This document shows, in pieces, positions 1 through 14,559 of a DNA stretch of 64,000 bases. The notes beneath the pieces were generated by a model. It did no database searches. It was not told where the DNA came from and saw nothing but the letters and a program-made list of their open reading frames with translations. The stretch's first letter is position 1; every line of letters starts with the position of its first letter. The stretch is from Eledone cirrhosa (lineage: Eukaryota), in assembly GCA_964016885.1 (NCBI GenBank), contig OZ024758.1:21390001-21454000 (forward strand), read 5' to 3'. The translations under genes were made by a program, and so were the position numbers.

Positions 1-349
1 TGTATCAGCTGGTGCGTATGTTATCTATCTTGGATTACTTTGAACTGAAAATAGAACCATAAGGAAATCTAGATTTCTTTCATTGATAAATATTTAAAGG
101 TGAGATGAAGGGAATAATTAGATACGGTGCTTTAAAAATGTGACTGTATGATGCTAAATGAAATCAGTGATGAATTGTTGTGGAAAGGAAATTTTTATAC
201 GTAATAGTGTTTGAAAAGACAAAGAGAAAGAATATTGTTAAATACAACAATCGATGAAACGGCGATTTTTTAGAAAAACATACATCGCCATCAGGTAGGT
301 TCTGCTCAAAGCACGGTTACTGATTCATGCTTAAAATAATTTAATTATA

Positions 350-702
350 TCTTCTAACTTCTATATATATAAAAGTGAGAATGTGTGTGTGTTTGTGTAC
401 AACTTTGGATACCTAAGTCCTTTACAATTACCAACCGAATTTGACAAAACCTTCTGTGCACGTTGCACAGGTAGCTAAGATGGTCATATCACAAACATTT
501 TTCAAATCGATCCACGTTGAGCAATAAAAAATCGATATCAAAATTATCGGCAGCAAAATTGATCTAAGGGAGATAACCAACTTTATTGACAGACATATAA
601 ACATCAGATTCATTTGAAGATAAATCATTAATATTATCGTTTGTTTCTTGTTTATTCTTTGTTGCATTTCAAACCCCGGGCAACGCCGGGTAAATCTGCT
701 AG
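350..702 (+). mobile_element. Non-autonomous Helitron-like element
   Basis: Starts A|TC (TCTTCTAACTTCTATATATATAAAA), ends with GC hairpin CCCGGGCAACGCCGGG (675-690) then CTAG|T (699-702); no TSD or TIR; internal CCGAATTTGACAAAAC motif. Confidence 0.75.
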
Positions 703-963
703 TATATATATAAAAATAACATTATTGTGAACGATTGTATGTAGGTCTGTATATGATTTTTTAAGGAGTATAAGGTATGCTTTTGGGGTTCAATGTAATA
801 ATATATATGGTATACAAATCGGTATATTGACTAACCTATAGTAGTTATATAACTTCATATTACTAATCTCGATATTATAGATCCATCTTACCGTCTTCAT
901 CAGAAACAATGCTTCTGTTATGCTTAAAAGTTATATTTAATAATGTATTTATATATACATGTG

Positions 964-1168
964 AAGGCTTGTGGCTGAATGTTTAGAGAATTGGATCCAC
1001 AATCTTGAGGTTGTGAACGTGCGATGCATCATGTCCTTGAGCGAGATACTTTATTTTTCACGTTGCTCCTTCTACCTGGAGTTGCGACCGATAGATAGTA
1101 TTAGCAACTGGAAAGACCGACGAAAACATTGTTTTATCGGTCCGATTTGACGAAAGTCGATGGATCCT
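964..1168 (+). mobile_element. tRNA-derived SINE, family B (CORE/Meta-like central domain), decayed
   Basis: TGTCCTTGAGCGAGATACTTTATTTTTCACGTTGCTCC core; homologous to 31089-31300 and 13282-13462. Confidence 0.75.
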
Positions 1169-2077
1169 TTTTTATATATAGATATACATCTAAAAATAAC
1201 ACTGTTTAGGAGGAATAAACAAGTACTAACAATAACCTGCATTCGATTGGTCTTACAACAAAAACTCATATAAAAAATGTTCCATGAACCTAAACAAGGT
1301 CCCATAAAGAAGTTACCATGTCCTTTTGCTGTGTCGAGTCTTTGTCTCATTTACAATGTTTAGTTAATGGAGAGTTCTAGACAAAGGTTAAATATGAACA
1401 TCATATTTCATTTCCCCCTGTCTAAAACATATAGTTCCATTTAGATAAAGCCAATACCATAAACATCATCCTGTAAATAGCTGACCAACAAATTTCGCTG
1501 AAGTATGGAAGCAATTTTTGCTCATATAAATATTTAATTTTTTTAGTCTAATTTGTTGAACGCTTGGCTTCTATCGATACTCTTGCTAGAGTTTGTTGGT
1601 GTTTAAAAAATTAATGCGAAAAATATATTAAAGTTTAAAACAAATACTATAAAATATTATATAAAATAACTAAAATATGTGAGTGGTAGAGACGATATAT
1701 CAAGCGAGTAATTGCTTTCATTTATTTCCTTTTTACCTCAGCGTTCAATTAGTATATATATCGTATATAGCTCTCATCCCTCTGAGGTCAAGTATAAGTC
1801 AAATGCTGGATTCTAATTCATCTACTGAATAAATAGCTTACATGATCAGTTATTTACCAGTTTTAGAAATGAGTGTGATAAAAACACTAGAATGTCAGAA
1901 GTGTAGTTAAATTCAACGATAGACGTGGCCGAGAAAAGTATTATGGAAGAGGCTTGTAGTGTATTTAAAATGATCTCATCCAATTTGCTGATCGTTTATA
2001 ATATATAAGGATGTGGTTTCCGGAATCCATGCATTTCTAGCAGGTTTATCAGTCTGCCTCGTTGACTAATTTATAAT

Positions 2078-2263
2078 AATTGTTTCTACTTTTGGCAGAA
2101 GGCCAGCAATTATCCCAGTTTATTACTTGTATTATATTTTATAGACCCTGTAGGGATGACAGGCAAAATCCACCTCGGCGGGATTTTAACTCAGACCATA
2201 AAGGACGGTAACTCTTTGCTGCAAAGCATGGCGTCCGATCCTCTACCCATACTGCCAATCCAC
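2078..2263 (-). mobile_element. SINE-A (tRNA head + Deu/Nin-like core), short form
   Basis: Matches family consensus; 15-bp TSD TGACTAATTTATAAT at 2063-2077 and 2264-2278. Confidence 0.9.
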
Positions 2264-3875
2264 TGACTAATTTATAATGATATATGTTATAGATGTTTCG
2301 ACAACTATTACAAGGAAACAGTCACCAAAAATGCTCGCAAAACCATGGAATTAATAACACCAGACTTCTGTGGTACTGGAATACATAAAAAATAAAATTG
2401 TTTCTTGTTGGAAGACAAGGGTTTTATTTCGAACAGGAGGAGATGACAGTGGGAGTTCGCCTCTTCCACGTTCTTGTGGTTATGTTCCTTAATCAGTTAA
2501 TGAGCTTGACATACGCAATTTGATTTAACCGACTTTCCTTTCTTGTTAAATACCCGAACATGCATCTATATTAGAAACCTTTACTTGTATTTATGGCTGA
2601 AGAGATCTAAATTAGAAACATTAAATTAAATAAACGAGCCACCATAATAATCGAAAACCCATCGAAAAGCTAAAGCTCGGAAAATATGTTCATGCCCCCC
2701 AATTAATCAACATCTATAGCAATAAGAATAAAAAAAGAAACAAAGGGGGAGAAGAGTAAGAAAAAAGGAGTTAAGGAATGAAAGAAAGGTGAAGAGGGGG
2801 GGGGATATATTCTACATCTCGTTTTTAATTTAGTATTTAAAAACCTGCATTAATACCTGAACAAACTGATATTAACATTTCAGTAAAACAGTGAGGTTTA
2901 TGAACATTTAGTTTATTTATTCTCTGTATATAATATATTCAGAGAGAAATCATTGTGGAGAGGATTTGTATTCACTGGAAACGTTGAAGCCATTGTAGTA
3001 TCAGTAATGTAACGTCTCTTTATTAAATATATCACCATTGAAACTTTTTCAGAATCTAATTTGATTTATATTTTGACTAAAATATACCAATTTCTTTCTT
3101 TCTCTCCCACCGCTTTTTCCCTCTTCATATCTCAACCCTTCTCTATCTGTTATTCTCTTTCTCTCACATTCTCTCCCACTTCTTTCTATTTATATCTCTA
3201 CCTTTCTCTCTCAATCCCTCTCTCGATCTCTCTGTAGTTCTCTCTTCCCCTGTTATGTTTATTTCTCGAATTAAATTGTCTAGGTTTTGACAGTCTCATT
3301 TAATATATTTTTTCTTAATTTCTCTTGGTGCTGCTTTCTCAAAGCAACGTTCAGTTTTAGGTTTGTCTTTTATGTCTTTCTTTCGCCTTTCCTACATTAT
3401 TAAATCTCATTGTCTTTGTCATTGTTAATACTTGTTGTTTATGTTAATGTCATTGTTTTCTTACCCCACTAGAAAAAAAATCAAATTGCTATCGCCATCA
3501 TCATTACTGATTACTTCCTATGTGGACAATCTAATAGTTTCTTGCTTAAATATTTATTTTCTAAACCAGACCCCCCAGGCAGAAACAGCATTTGCGCTTA
3601 CAATTATATCTTCATTTTCATCAGTGACTTTCTTTACGTTTTCATTTTGCTATTTGCTTTTTTTTTTCGTCTAGGTATTATTTATTTAATTTAATTTTAT
3701 TGTATTTGATATTTTCTCTTTGTACATTTTCCACTTTCTCACTAGATAATCAGAGTTTATTTTTTTCTCTCTCTCGGATGTCTCATCAAATTCTCAAGAG
3801 ATGAAGTTAAACAATTTTCTTCGATACATCTTCCTAATTTGAAAACATCGCATTCAAAGAACAATTTCCATTTCT

Positions 3876-3936
<61 letters not shown>

Positions 3937-4004
3937 TTGTATATATATACATATACTTATATACATATACTTATTTATATATATATATGTGTATATATAT
4001 ATAA

Positions 4005-4095
<91 letters not shown>

Positions 4096-4167
4096 CATAT
4101 ATACATATATATAAATAAGTATATGTATATATAAGTATATGTATATATATATGTAAACAAGTATATG

Positions 4168-4220
<53 letters not shown>

Positions 4221-4274
4221 GTTATATATATATATATGTGTGTGCGTGTGTGTGTATATATATATGAATATATG

Positions 4275-4361
<87 letters not shown>

Positions 4362-4420
4362 ACATATATATGTATACATATATATGTATGTGTGTGTGTG
4401 TGTATTTGTATAGATAGATA

Positions 4421-4459
<39 letters not shown>

Positions 4460-4550
4460 TAGATTACGTACATATATATACATACCTATAAATTTACAGA
4501 CACACACATACATAGACATATATAAATATATATATATAAATATATATATA
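3876..4550. repeat. Compound (TA)n/(TG)n/(GATA)n microsatellite
   Basis: Direct inspection. Confidence 0.95.
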
Positions 4551-5103
4551 TCTGCGTGTGTGTATAACCATGTATTTATCTATAGGTGTGTGTCATTGTG
4601 TGCGCATGTATATGTGTGTGTATTTCTATACGTGTGTGTGTCAGAGGAGAGAGATACTATTCACTACCGCAAATGCGAATGTCAGATTATCCTCCTTTTT
4701 TTTTTTTTGCCTTCTGCCAACAGTTCGTTAGCAATACTTCAAATAATACGTTTGTATTTATCTTTCCCCGACAAAATACGAAACATTAGTCATTTTGTTA
4801 GTTGTTGTCTTCTAAACATCACTGTTCACGTACAAACTCCTCGAGTGCAAGAAAATCAAATAAATTGTAGCTCTAAGAGTGAAAATTATATGCTCTAAAT
4901 ACATGCCAAATATATTGGCTCCCCACCTATATAGAATGTTCTTGATGTGTCTATAGAAAGTATATTTCACGTACGTAATACTCAAAATCCAAGTAACATG
5001 GAATGCTATATCTAGCCATAGATGAATGTTTAAAATAAATACTGAAAATTATTCGTGACTTCCACTACGGTCAAATTTCTCACAAACGCACACTGATATA
5101 GGC

Positions 5104-5162
<59 letters not shown>

Positions 5163-5216
5163 TTTTGGGAGGCTCATGTCGCCAATAATAATCTTGCTAA
5201 ACAAATTCAGAAACTA

Positions 5217-5554
<338 letters not shown>

Positions 5555-5570
5555 ATATTATATATATATA

Positions 5571-5602
<32 letters not shown>

Positions 5603-5606
5603 GTGT

Positions 5607-5677
5607 ACTCTACTACCCATAGTATCGAGTACTCTGGTGCGTTATGATCCACCTGGTTCCTTACCATATTTCCTTCG

Positions 5678-5679
<2 letters not shown>
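5607..5679 (+). mobile_element. (TA)n-embedded element, family P2 tail only
   Basis: ACTCTACTACCCATAGTATCGAGTACTCTGGTGCGTTATGATCCACCTGGTTCCTTACC..CCTTCGTT matches the tails at 30936-31008 and 55216-55288. Confidence 0.8.
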
Positions 5680-5728
<49 letters not shown>

Positions 5729-5799
5729 AATGTATAAGCGATTGTACATAAGCGGTTCCATCAAAACAAAGCAACTATATATATGCTACACCTTAAAGA

Positions 5800-5885
5800 A
5801 AGTAAAGGTTCTGATAGTGGGCGCTACCGCAACCCAGGTGGCGTTGAGAAGCTCCAGTGAGGCGCTGAGACCTAAAGGGACTGTG
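5800..5885 (+). mobile_element. Possible hAT-type MITE left-end fragment
   Basis: GC-rich AGTGGGCGCTACCGCAACCCAGGTGGCGTTGAGAAGCTCCAG resembles hAT/Charlie subterminal sequence; no partner end seen. Confidence 0.35.
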
Positions 5886-5917
5886 GCCCATTTAAATGAT
5901 ACATATTATATATAAAT

Positions 5918-6100
5918 ATAATTGTTTCTATTTTTGGCACAAGGACAGCAATTATCCCAGTGCATTACTGCTACTTTATTTTATCGACCCCGTAAGGATG
6001 AAAGGCAAAGTTAACCTCGGCGGGATTTGAAATCAGAACGTAAAGGGACATAACTCTATATTGTAAAGCATGGTGTCTGACGCTCTACCGATACTGCCAA
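5918..6100 (-). mobile_element. SINE-A short form
   Basis: Consensus match from ATAATTGTTTCTA to ATACTGCCAA. Confidence 0.9.
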
Positions 6101-6961
6101 AATATAATAACATAAAAAATATATATATAATATCTATTTATACATAGTATAAGCGACTTAGAAAAATTTAAATCAAAATCAAAATTTAATCCCAAAGAGA
6201 GGAAATTGGAACATTATCCTCTAAAAGATACTGAAACCCGGCACTGTTAGGTTCCGAAATATTGGACAGACAAAAGAACGAACAGACAAAGGAAAAACAA
6301 ACAAAGATTACCAGAGACTTTACGTTACATCATCTTACAGTCCATTTTGCATTGTTTTGCCTTCTATCTCTTTCAACGTTACATCGTATATATAATGCTT
6401 AATGTAAACTACAACATTTTATTATAATATATATTATATTATTTATTATATATTATTTATAATTTGTATGAAGGCAGGTTTCTCTGGAAATAGGGTTGGA
6501 GCGTTGAGTACATGTCCGTGTTGTGGGCTGTGGCCAAACACATGTCAGAATATCTACTTTAAAACATTATATGGTGGGGTTATCTAAACCCCTTTAAAGT
6601 GGTATTCGAGAAAGTCTACTGACTGCAGCCTGTAAAAGAATAAACAGAACGTATGCAAAGTAAATAAGGCTGCCACGTTTTGGTGATATTTCCTGTGGGA
6701 AATATGGCCGAACATTCCTCAAATCATATTTACTATTATATTATGTAAACATGATATTTAACAATGAAGTTAGGAATACACAGAAAACAGCCGAAATGAT
6801 CATATGTTGAATTGTTTGAATGTATGTCCTTTCTATCACAGTTAACTATGTGCAAATCATAATCATCTAATATATATATATATATATATGACCAATACAT
6901 ACATATAAATACATACATATATATATGTATACACACATACATAGATATACACACACATAAC

Positions 6962-7018
<57 letters not shown>

Positions 7019-7370
7019 CCAATGATTCGAAGGATACAACAAACAACAGGGAATGCTATTTCCTTTAGTGATTTGTCGACCTCAACAAAGAAAATAAATG
7101 ATAAAAAAGACAAACATACTCGCTTCTGTTTGTCGCTTAAGAAATCAATGTTTGGATGGAAAATATTGTGTAACAATCCCTTCCGTTATTGCAGTGTACT
7201 GAGCTAAAAAGGAGTACCAACAGTAATAGGTTGATTATCTCTGCGATAGACTGGCCTCCTATCCAGTGGGAGTCATTTACACTCAGTGGCTTAACGCCAT
7301 AGTTACCGGGCTTGACAACGGCGAGATGAGCCTCCGCAGTCAACCCATATATATGTGTGTGTGTATGTAT

Positions 7371-7522
7371 GTAAAAGTTAAACAGAAATAACAACACAAT
7401 CGGTACAGTATATGGAAGGTATATATTAGGTTAACGCTTGATATAGCAGGAAGATGGTCATAACTTTTCGGACGCTAGTCTAACATCAGAAGAAAGAATG
7501 AGAAATAAAATAGATTGAGGGG
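7371..7522 (-). mobile_element. Family D short repeat with degenerate minimal hammerhead motif (Penelope-like)
   Basis: Reverse complement aligns with 21730-21886; reads TCTTCTGATGTTAGACTAGCGTCCGAAAAGTTATGAC. Confidence 0.7.
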
Positions 7523-7789
7523 GCGGGCGGATTGGAATTAGAAATCATGTCTTTAGATAAAAATAACAGGTCCATTCTTGTTGACATCTCTATTTTTTTA
7601 GAAAAATGTATGAAGGTGCAAGTCTACCTGAAATGGAAAAAAAAACCGTTTTGTAAAAAGAGCTACACTTGTACACGTGCGTAAACATGTGTGTGTGTGG
7701 GTGTGTTTATGTGTGTGTGTGGGGGGGGGGGGGGGGGTTTCTGTGTGTGTGTGTGTGTTATTATATGTCCGTACAAAGCTAAGAAGAAA

Positions 7790-7821
<32 letters not shown>

Positions 7822-7828
7822 CATATAC

Positions 7829-7890
<62 letters not shown>

Positions 7891-8317
7891 TCTTAATTAA
7901 AGGATATATAGTTTTAATCCATTACACCAATCTAAACTCTGAACAGCAATAATATATATCTCGTTTTATCGATCCTTGATCATTGATCGATAAACAAAGA
8001 ACGAGGAATACATTGGACTTGTTAAAATAAACTTTTCGTCTTTACCATACACTTTTGGCATTTTATCTACATAATAAATTATTATTACATAACTTAAATT
8101 GCTTGTAATACTTTTGGAAGGAAACTTAGTGGATATCATACGATCATGTTTTACTCCTCCTAAAATAAAGATGCATTGTGTAGATTTAAAAGGAGTTATC
8201 TTCTTCTGTGATAGAGGTAAATTGGGTGTTAAATTAGAAAGCTATACAAAGCATTGTGATCAGATCAATGGCTTTTGAAGTTTGTAACAAACACAGAAAT
8301 ATGATCCGTGTGTACAT

Positions 8318-8319
8318 TA

Positions 8320-8370
<51 letters not shown>

Positions 8371-8372
8371 TT

Positions 8373-8461
<89 letters not shown>

Positions 8462-8625
8462 CTATATATAAACATATATTATATATGTAAATATATTACA
8501 TATATATATATATATATATATATTATGTACAAATATATATATTATATATATAAATATATATTATACATATATATGTATTACACATTATATATATATTTAT
8601 AAATACACATATATGCATGTGTGTG

Positions 8626-8662
<37 letters not shown>

Positions 8663-8720
8663 CTTATATATGTGTACATGTGTGTCTCTTTATCTATATA
8701 TATGTATATATATACATTTA
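8318..8720. repeat. (TA)n-rich microsatellite tract
   Basis: Direct inspection. Confidence 0.95.
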
Positions 8721-9170
8721 TATAATCTGAGATATTTTTCATTATTAATTTAAAGTTAAAATCTATTGATTCACTTCTAAAGGATAATGACAAATAGAAA
8801 AATTCGCCGAAAATGGAAAAAAGAAAAAGAGAGATGCATGAAAGGTATATTGTCGACATAAATTTCAAAAGCTACTGTTTTTCTTTCTCAATCTGTTCTG
8901 GCTTTGATGTAACAACTAAGAAAACATTGAATTTATAAAGCCATGTTTTGAAGCGGACTTTTCTACGTGATAATAAAAGCAAGCTGATACCAGCAGCTAT
9001 CTCGTGCAGAATCTTACTAATTGTCACCTCATACAAAGACATATACAGATGTATAAACATGGAAAGACACAATATAGAAATAAATATGCATGCAATGCTA
9101 AATCATATATATATATATATATATGTACGCACCCACATATATATATATATGAATATATATATATATATAC

Positions 9171-9232
<62 letters not shown>

Positions 9233-9286
9233 ATGTATGTATGCATGTATGTATGAATATATGCATGTATATATGTATGTATATAT

Positions 9287-9570
9287 CCTAGCCTTTGTCA
9301 GGGCATTCTTCTAGGAGAAGGCAACTCAGGAAACTGGGATAACTCCTATATAAAACCTGCGGCTCAGTAGTTACCGATGATGTTGATATTTTCTTCTTTT
9401 CAGGTTATAGCTACTGTCGCTCAGAGAGTGGGATTGGCTCAGTGCACAGTCTTTCCTCATTTAAAAAAATATCTTCATGCACAGGCATTGCACGATAGAA
9501 TTAATTAATAATTATTAATAATGGTATATCATGCAATGGCCATACTCGATAACGAGGGGGCAGCCATCAT
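9287..9570 (+). mobile_element. Possible RTE 5'UTR-derived non-autonomous element
   Basis: TAGCCTTTGTCAGGGCATTCTTCTAGGAGAAGGCAACTC resembles the recalled RTE 5' motif GGCAACCAGTCTAGGAGAAGGAAAACTC; single copy here. Confidence 0.4.
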
Positions 9571-9722
9571 ATATGCATGTAGTACACTTATGAATATGTG
9601 CGCGTGCATCTATGTGCAATAGATCTCGATTTGGTTTGCGACTACATGATAAGTTTATCTAAAAATTTATCTTTTCATCTATCTATCTATGTATCTCTTT
9701 CATTCTTTTTCTTTCTCTTTCC

Positions 9723-9802
<80 letters not shown>

Positions 9803-9871
9803 CCCACACACGCATGACAAGTTCTACTGTGTTATATGTTAGCAGTAGTGCAAACGCACTCAAAGCCAACT

Positions 9872-9927
<56 letters not shown>

Positions 9928-10367
9928 ACCCGCGCGCATTTGCATGTGTGTGTGATTGAGTGTGTGTATAGATACGAAAATATGTACAACAAAGTTATGT
10001 ATTCAGTTTAAAATGTGATATATTGAAACCTCTTTACCTACAGATAACGGTTTCATGTTCTCTCCATTTTCTCAACGTTTTCTCTATGCCCTAACCCTTG
10101 ATAATGAATTGCATTAATGAATTGCATATCTGATTAATTGTTATTTAAATCTCTTCTTCAGCCAGCCTTATTTTTTCTTTAAAAAAAAACCTCTGTTCAC
10201 TAGTTCTTTAAACCCAACCATAAACCATAGTGATCCCAATTTTAAATTTATTTTCTACTTATTTAAAAATTCTGTCAAGAAATGCTTTAAATGTTATTAA
10301 GTCCCCTGAGAAAAATATTCTCATCATTCAATTTAATACAGAATTTATGACGTTACTTGATAAAATA

Positions 10368-10734
10368 CGTAGCTGGCAGATCAGAGAGTCACTCCAGCTA
10401 GAGACGCTAGTTCTCAGAATTGAGATATCACAGCTCAAATATATTGGCATGTGGTTAGAATGTCACTGGACAGATGCTATTGGCAAAACAAAAGGTGTAG
10501 ACACCGAGCAAGGTGGTTGGATAAGATCCATGAGCTTGGCTGGTCACGCTTGGGGATCCAGCTGGATCAATTGGAGATGGTTGCTTCTGACAGGATCAGC
10601 TGGAGGAAGTGTTTGAGACATTCTCAAGAAGAAGAGGAAGAAGAAAATGAAAAAGAAGAAGAAGAAGAAGAAGAAGAAGACGAAGAAGAAGAAGAAGAAG
10701 AAGAAGAAGAAGAAGAAGAAGAAGAAGAAGAAGA
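10368..10734 (+). mobile_element. RTE-clade LINE 3' end (frameshifted) with (GAA)n tail
   Basis: Translates as IRESLQLETLVLRIEISQLKYIG/HVVRMS...RARWLDKIHELGWSRLGIQLDQLEMVASDRISWR, typical RTE C-terminus; homologue at 61795-62110. Confidence 0.85.
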
Positions 10735-10792
10735 CAGAATTAATGCACAACATGTTAACATGTATTACACATCGACATTATTCTGTTTAGTC

Positions 10793-10978
10793 GCAGTATC
10801 GCTAGATTGTCGGATGCCATGCTTAGCAGAGTTACACCCCTTTACGGTATGAGTTCATTCAAATCCCGCCGAGCCGAGGTTAACTTTGCCTTTCATCCTA
10901 ACGGGGTCGATAAAATAAAGTACCAGTAATGGACGGTGATAATTGCTGGCCTTGTGCCAAAGGTAGAAACAATTATTA
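10793..10978 (+). mobile_element. SINE-A short form (first of tandem dimer)
   Basis: Consensus match with small internal duplications. Confidence 0.88.
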
Positions 10979-10986
10979 TGTCTAAT

Positions 10987-11171
10987 TGCAGTATCGGTAG
11001 AGGGTAGGACGCCATGCTTTGCAGCATAGAGTTACGCCCCGTTACGGTCTGAGTTCAGTCAGATCCCGCTGAGGTTAACTTTGCCTTTTATCCTTATGAA
11101 GTCGATAAAATCAAGTACCAGTAATGGGCTGGGATAATTGCTGGCTTTGTGCCTAAAGTAAAAACTATTAT
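10987..11171 (+). mobile_element. SINE-A short form (second of tandem dimer)
   Basis: Consensus match; ATTATT(C/A)TGT repeated at the junctions. Confidence 0.88.
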
Positions 11172-11599
11172 TCTGTCCAAGACCTTTCGTATTTTCAGAC
11201 CAAATTTTTTTTTCCTTTTAAATATTTCGAAAGAAATATCAATGGTTCTGTGTATTAATGTTCAAGTGTGTTGTTTGTCTATGAAAAGGATTTCCCTTTT
11301 AACTATACGGCCGATTTGATCATTACAAGCAATTTGAAAATCCGCTATTGAATTATACTTCATAAAGTTAGATGGTACAGCTTTAATATGTTTTCGGAAA
11401 TATAGCTTTATGTGTTGCTTGCCGGAAGTATCTAAAAATATCAATGCATAAAGTTACACATTTGTATTATTAGTGTCTATAAATGACATGAAAATGAGCT
11501 ATATAGATACAATCACACAATATTTTTGTGGTGTAGAGGTAGCTTATGGTTTTAGAAACTTATAATCTTTGTTGAGAATCATTCCTGGAAATGAATATT

Positions 11600-11900
<301 letters not shown>

Positions 11901-13110
11901 ATGTTTATGTTTTATGTTTGTCTTTGTGTGTGTATGTAACATTTGAAATATTTCTGAGGTTATACTATTCAACATTTCCTTCATTTTTATTTCATCATGG
12001 CGCCTAAAATATTTTATCTAGCAGTGTATCTTGTATATATTCCTATGTAACAGCATAAAATATTGTAAACATATTCCATGTATGTAACATCTATAAGCTC
12101 TTTCAAGTAACTTCTCCCTATTTATTTCAACATTTAATCGCTGAAGCGAAATATCATAGCTGATTAATCAAAGGTAGAGATAATTATAGAGTGGGTGAAG
12201 AAATATGCTCTTTTACTTCAGATATACTCAAGTTACAACAATTTCTGTAAATCTAAAAGATCGTTTGAACACATATAAGAAAGGATGAATTTTATTGACA
12301 TGGGTTTACCCAGGCATTTATCGCGCGATATATGATAGCTTCGATTAAAGGAGTATCGGTAGCTGGAACCTGATGGAAATCGAAAATCCAGACTCACAGA
12401 ACAAAAACGAAAAATATATACGTTGTAAAAAATATATTGCAATGTACAATAGCTGAGATTTTACTTTTCTAAATTTGGTTTTTTCCACGCTCAATATAGC
12501 CTAATACTTCTGAGGTTATATAATAGCAACTAGCAATTCACTGTTCCTATTTTCATGTAAATGCACTTAGACATCATTTGATACATAAAATTACATTAGA
12601 TTCAGTGATGCAATTCGCATCACGTATCTATCACTGTCATTCCGTCTTTTGAAATTATATACTATAAATGTTGTTTTCTATACTATATTTATTTTTACAA
12701 TGTATCTTTCATATAGACTCATCATTTTTCAGATCTTCTATAATAACTGTTCTTGAATATACGATAGAAAATCTGAACCAGTTATTACATGATATAGTTA
12801 TTCCTTTTGAAAAGTAAATGAACTAATATAACAATATTTACACTAGCTGTAAGGCTGATATTCACTGCTATGTATTTCTGCTATATAATCTAAATTATAT
12901 TAAACATTCTAGCTACATTAGTGTGCTTGTATAACTTCTACTTAGAAACATTAGGATGTAGGTTCGCTGCAGTTCACTGAACCTGAAATATCATGGTTCT
13001 AACTTAATAGGCTCTCGAGTTATTCTATTTAGACAATTCGCTTTACATCCCCTTTTGCATGAATTACCTACCAGTTCTAGTAAATCATCTACTTGTGTGT
13101 TCATTTAAAT

Positions 13111-13222
13111 CTACACACTCAATAATATGGCAGTGAAGTTAATATGATATACCAGTTGATTTAAGGCTACACACTCAGTAGTATGGCAGTGAAGTTGATA
13201 TGATACACCAGTTGAATTGAAA
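13111..13222. repeat. 56-bp tandem duplication
   Basis: CTACACACTCA(A/G)TA(A/G)TATGGCAGTGAAGTT(A/G)ATATGATA(T/C)ACCAGTTGA starts at 13111 and 13167. Confidence 0.9.
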
Positions 13223-13281
13223 GAAAATATATAAGTCGATCAACTTGTTTCTATGCCTCATTCGCTTACCGAGTGTTGTGC

Positions 13282-13462
13282 AATTCATTAGATCGGAACA
13301 ATGAAATAATTATGCCTTGGGTCTTTCCATTTCTGGTATTATCTACCGGTCGCAACTCTTGGTAGGAAGAGCAACGTGAACTAAAGCATATTATGTATCT
13401 CCTGGCCCGTGAATCGAACTCACAACCTAATGATTGCGAATCCAATTTTACAGCCACTACGC
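13282..13462 (-). mobile_element. SINE family B, decayed
   Basis: Reverse complement has B-box GAGTTCGATTC and TTCACGTTGCTCTTCCTACCAAGAGTTGCGACC, shared with the 964 and 31089 copies. Confidence 0.75.
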
Positions 13463-14559
13463 TACAATTAAATGTATATGTGTAATGTGTTTGAAATACT
13501 ATTAAAATGTGGCTAAATCTAAAAAAAAGAAAGCTCGACATTTGAAGCAATTCTTCTTAACAAAAGGTGAATATTCTAAAAAGGCATAAACGGTGAGCAT
13601 AACCTTAAATGCGAATATTTGTCCTTTAAGATGATTTTCAAACGCATAATAATTTGTACTTATAATTTGGTTTAAGGAGTAATATTCATTATTTATGAAA
13701 GACGAACATATTTGTGTAACATTTCTGTTCTATAAATTTCTGTGAATACATTTCTAACGAAAATATTTGCTTGTTATATTTTGGATGAGAGTCAAATGAA
13801 CGTGAGGAATATACAAATATACTATAGAAACTGGTCTCGAAACGCAAGCCCTTATTTTCGACAGTAGACATTTCAGATGAGGTGTCAAGAGGAGCGAATT
13901 TGAAATATATACACTGAACTCGATCCAACAGTATAATGATTAATCTAATCAAACCTGTAATGTAATATATATAGTGAATTGAAAGTCTGATTATATACTT
14001 GAATCATGGCGATTTGATAAGGCAGGTTATAATGATGACCTGTAATAATTATTAAAACCTATTAACATATAGTTGACACTTGGAGTTATAATGTGAAATT
14101 ACTATAATCTTGCCAACCTATATAGACCCGTGGCATTACATTTTATTGTTCTTGCTCCTGTCACTGTTGCAACGAATCCATGTTGTAGCTCTCGGTAGGC
14201 AATGACATATCATGTAATATCATTTAGGAGATACAATTCCTTCAAATGCCCAAATATAATATAAAGAGCGACTGGGATATAATTCGAGACATTGTTCGAT
14301 ATGTTTATATAGCAATACCCTAGCATGTCTCAGCCTATAGGCTTAGACAAGAAAGAGAATTTGAAAAAAAGTGTTTACAATTCTGTTTGTATTTTTCATA
14401 GTATTATAGAGGTAGTATTATAGAGGTAGTATTTTCCATACTATTTATAAAGGTAGTAGTACCTGCATGTAGTTGTATATTATTCCAATTCCCGAATCCT
14501 GTTACCAATGAGTTATATTGTTGGATTGTCTTTTAAGCAATGAATCGAAACCAGCTTTC

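Noticed and set aside
10451-10852. Poly-Glu ORF
   Set aside because: Decayed RTE C-terminus read through its (GAA)n tail
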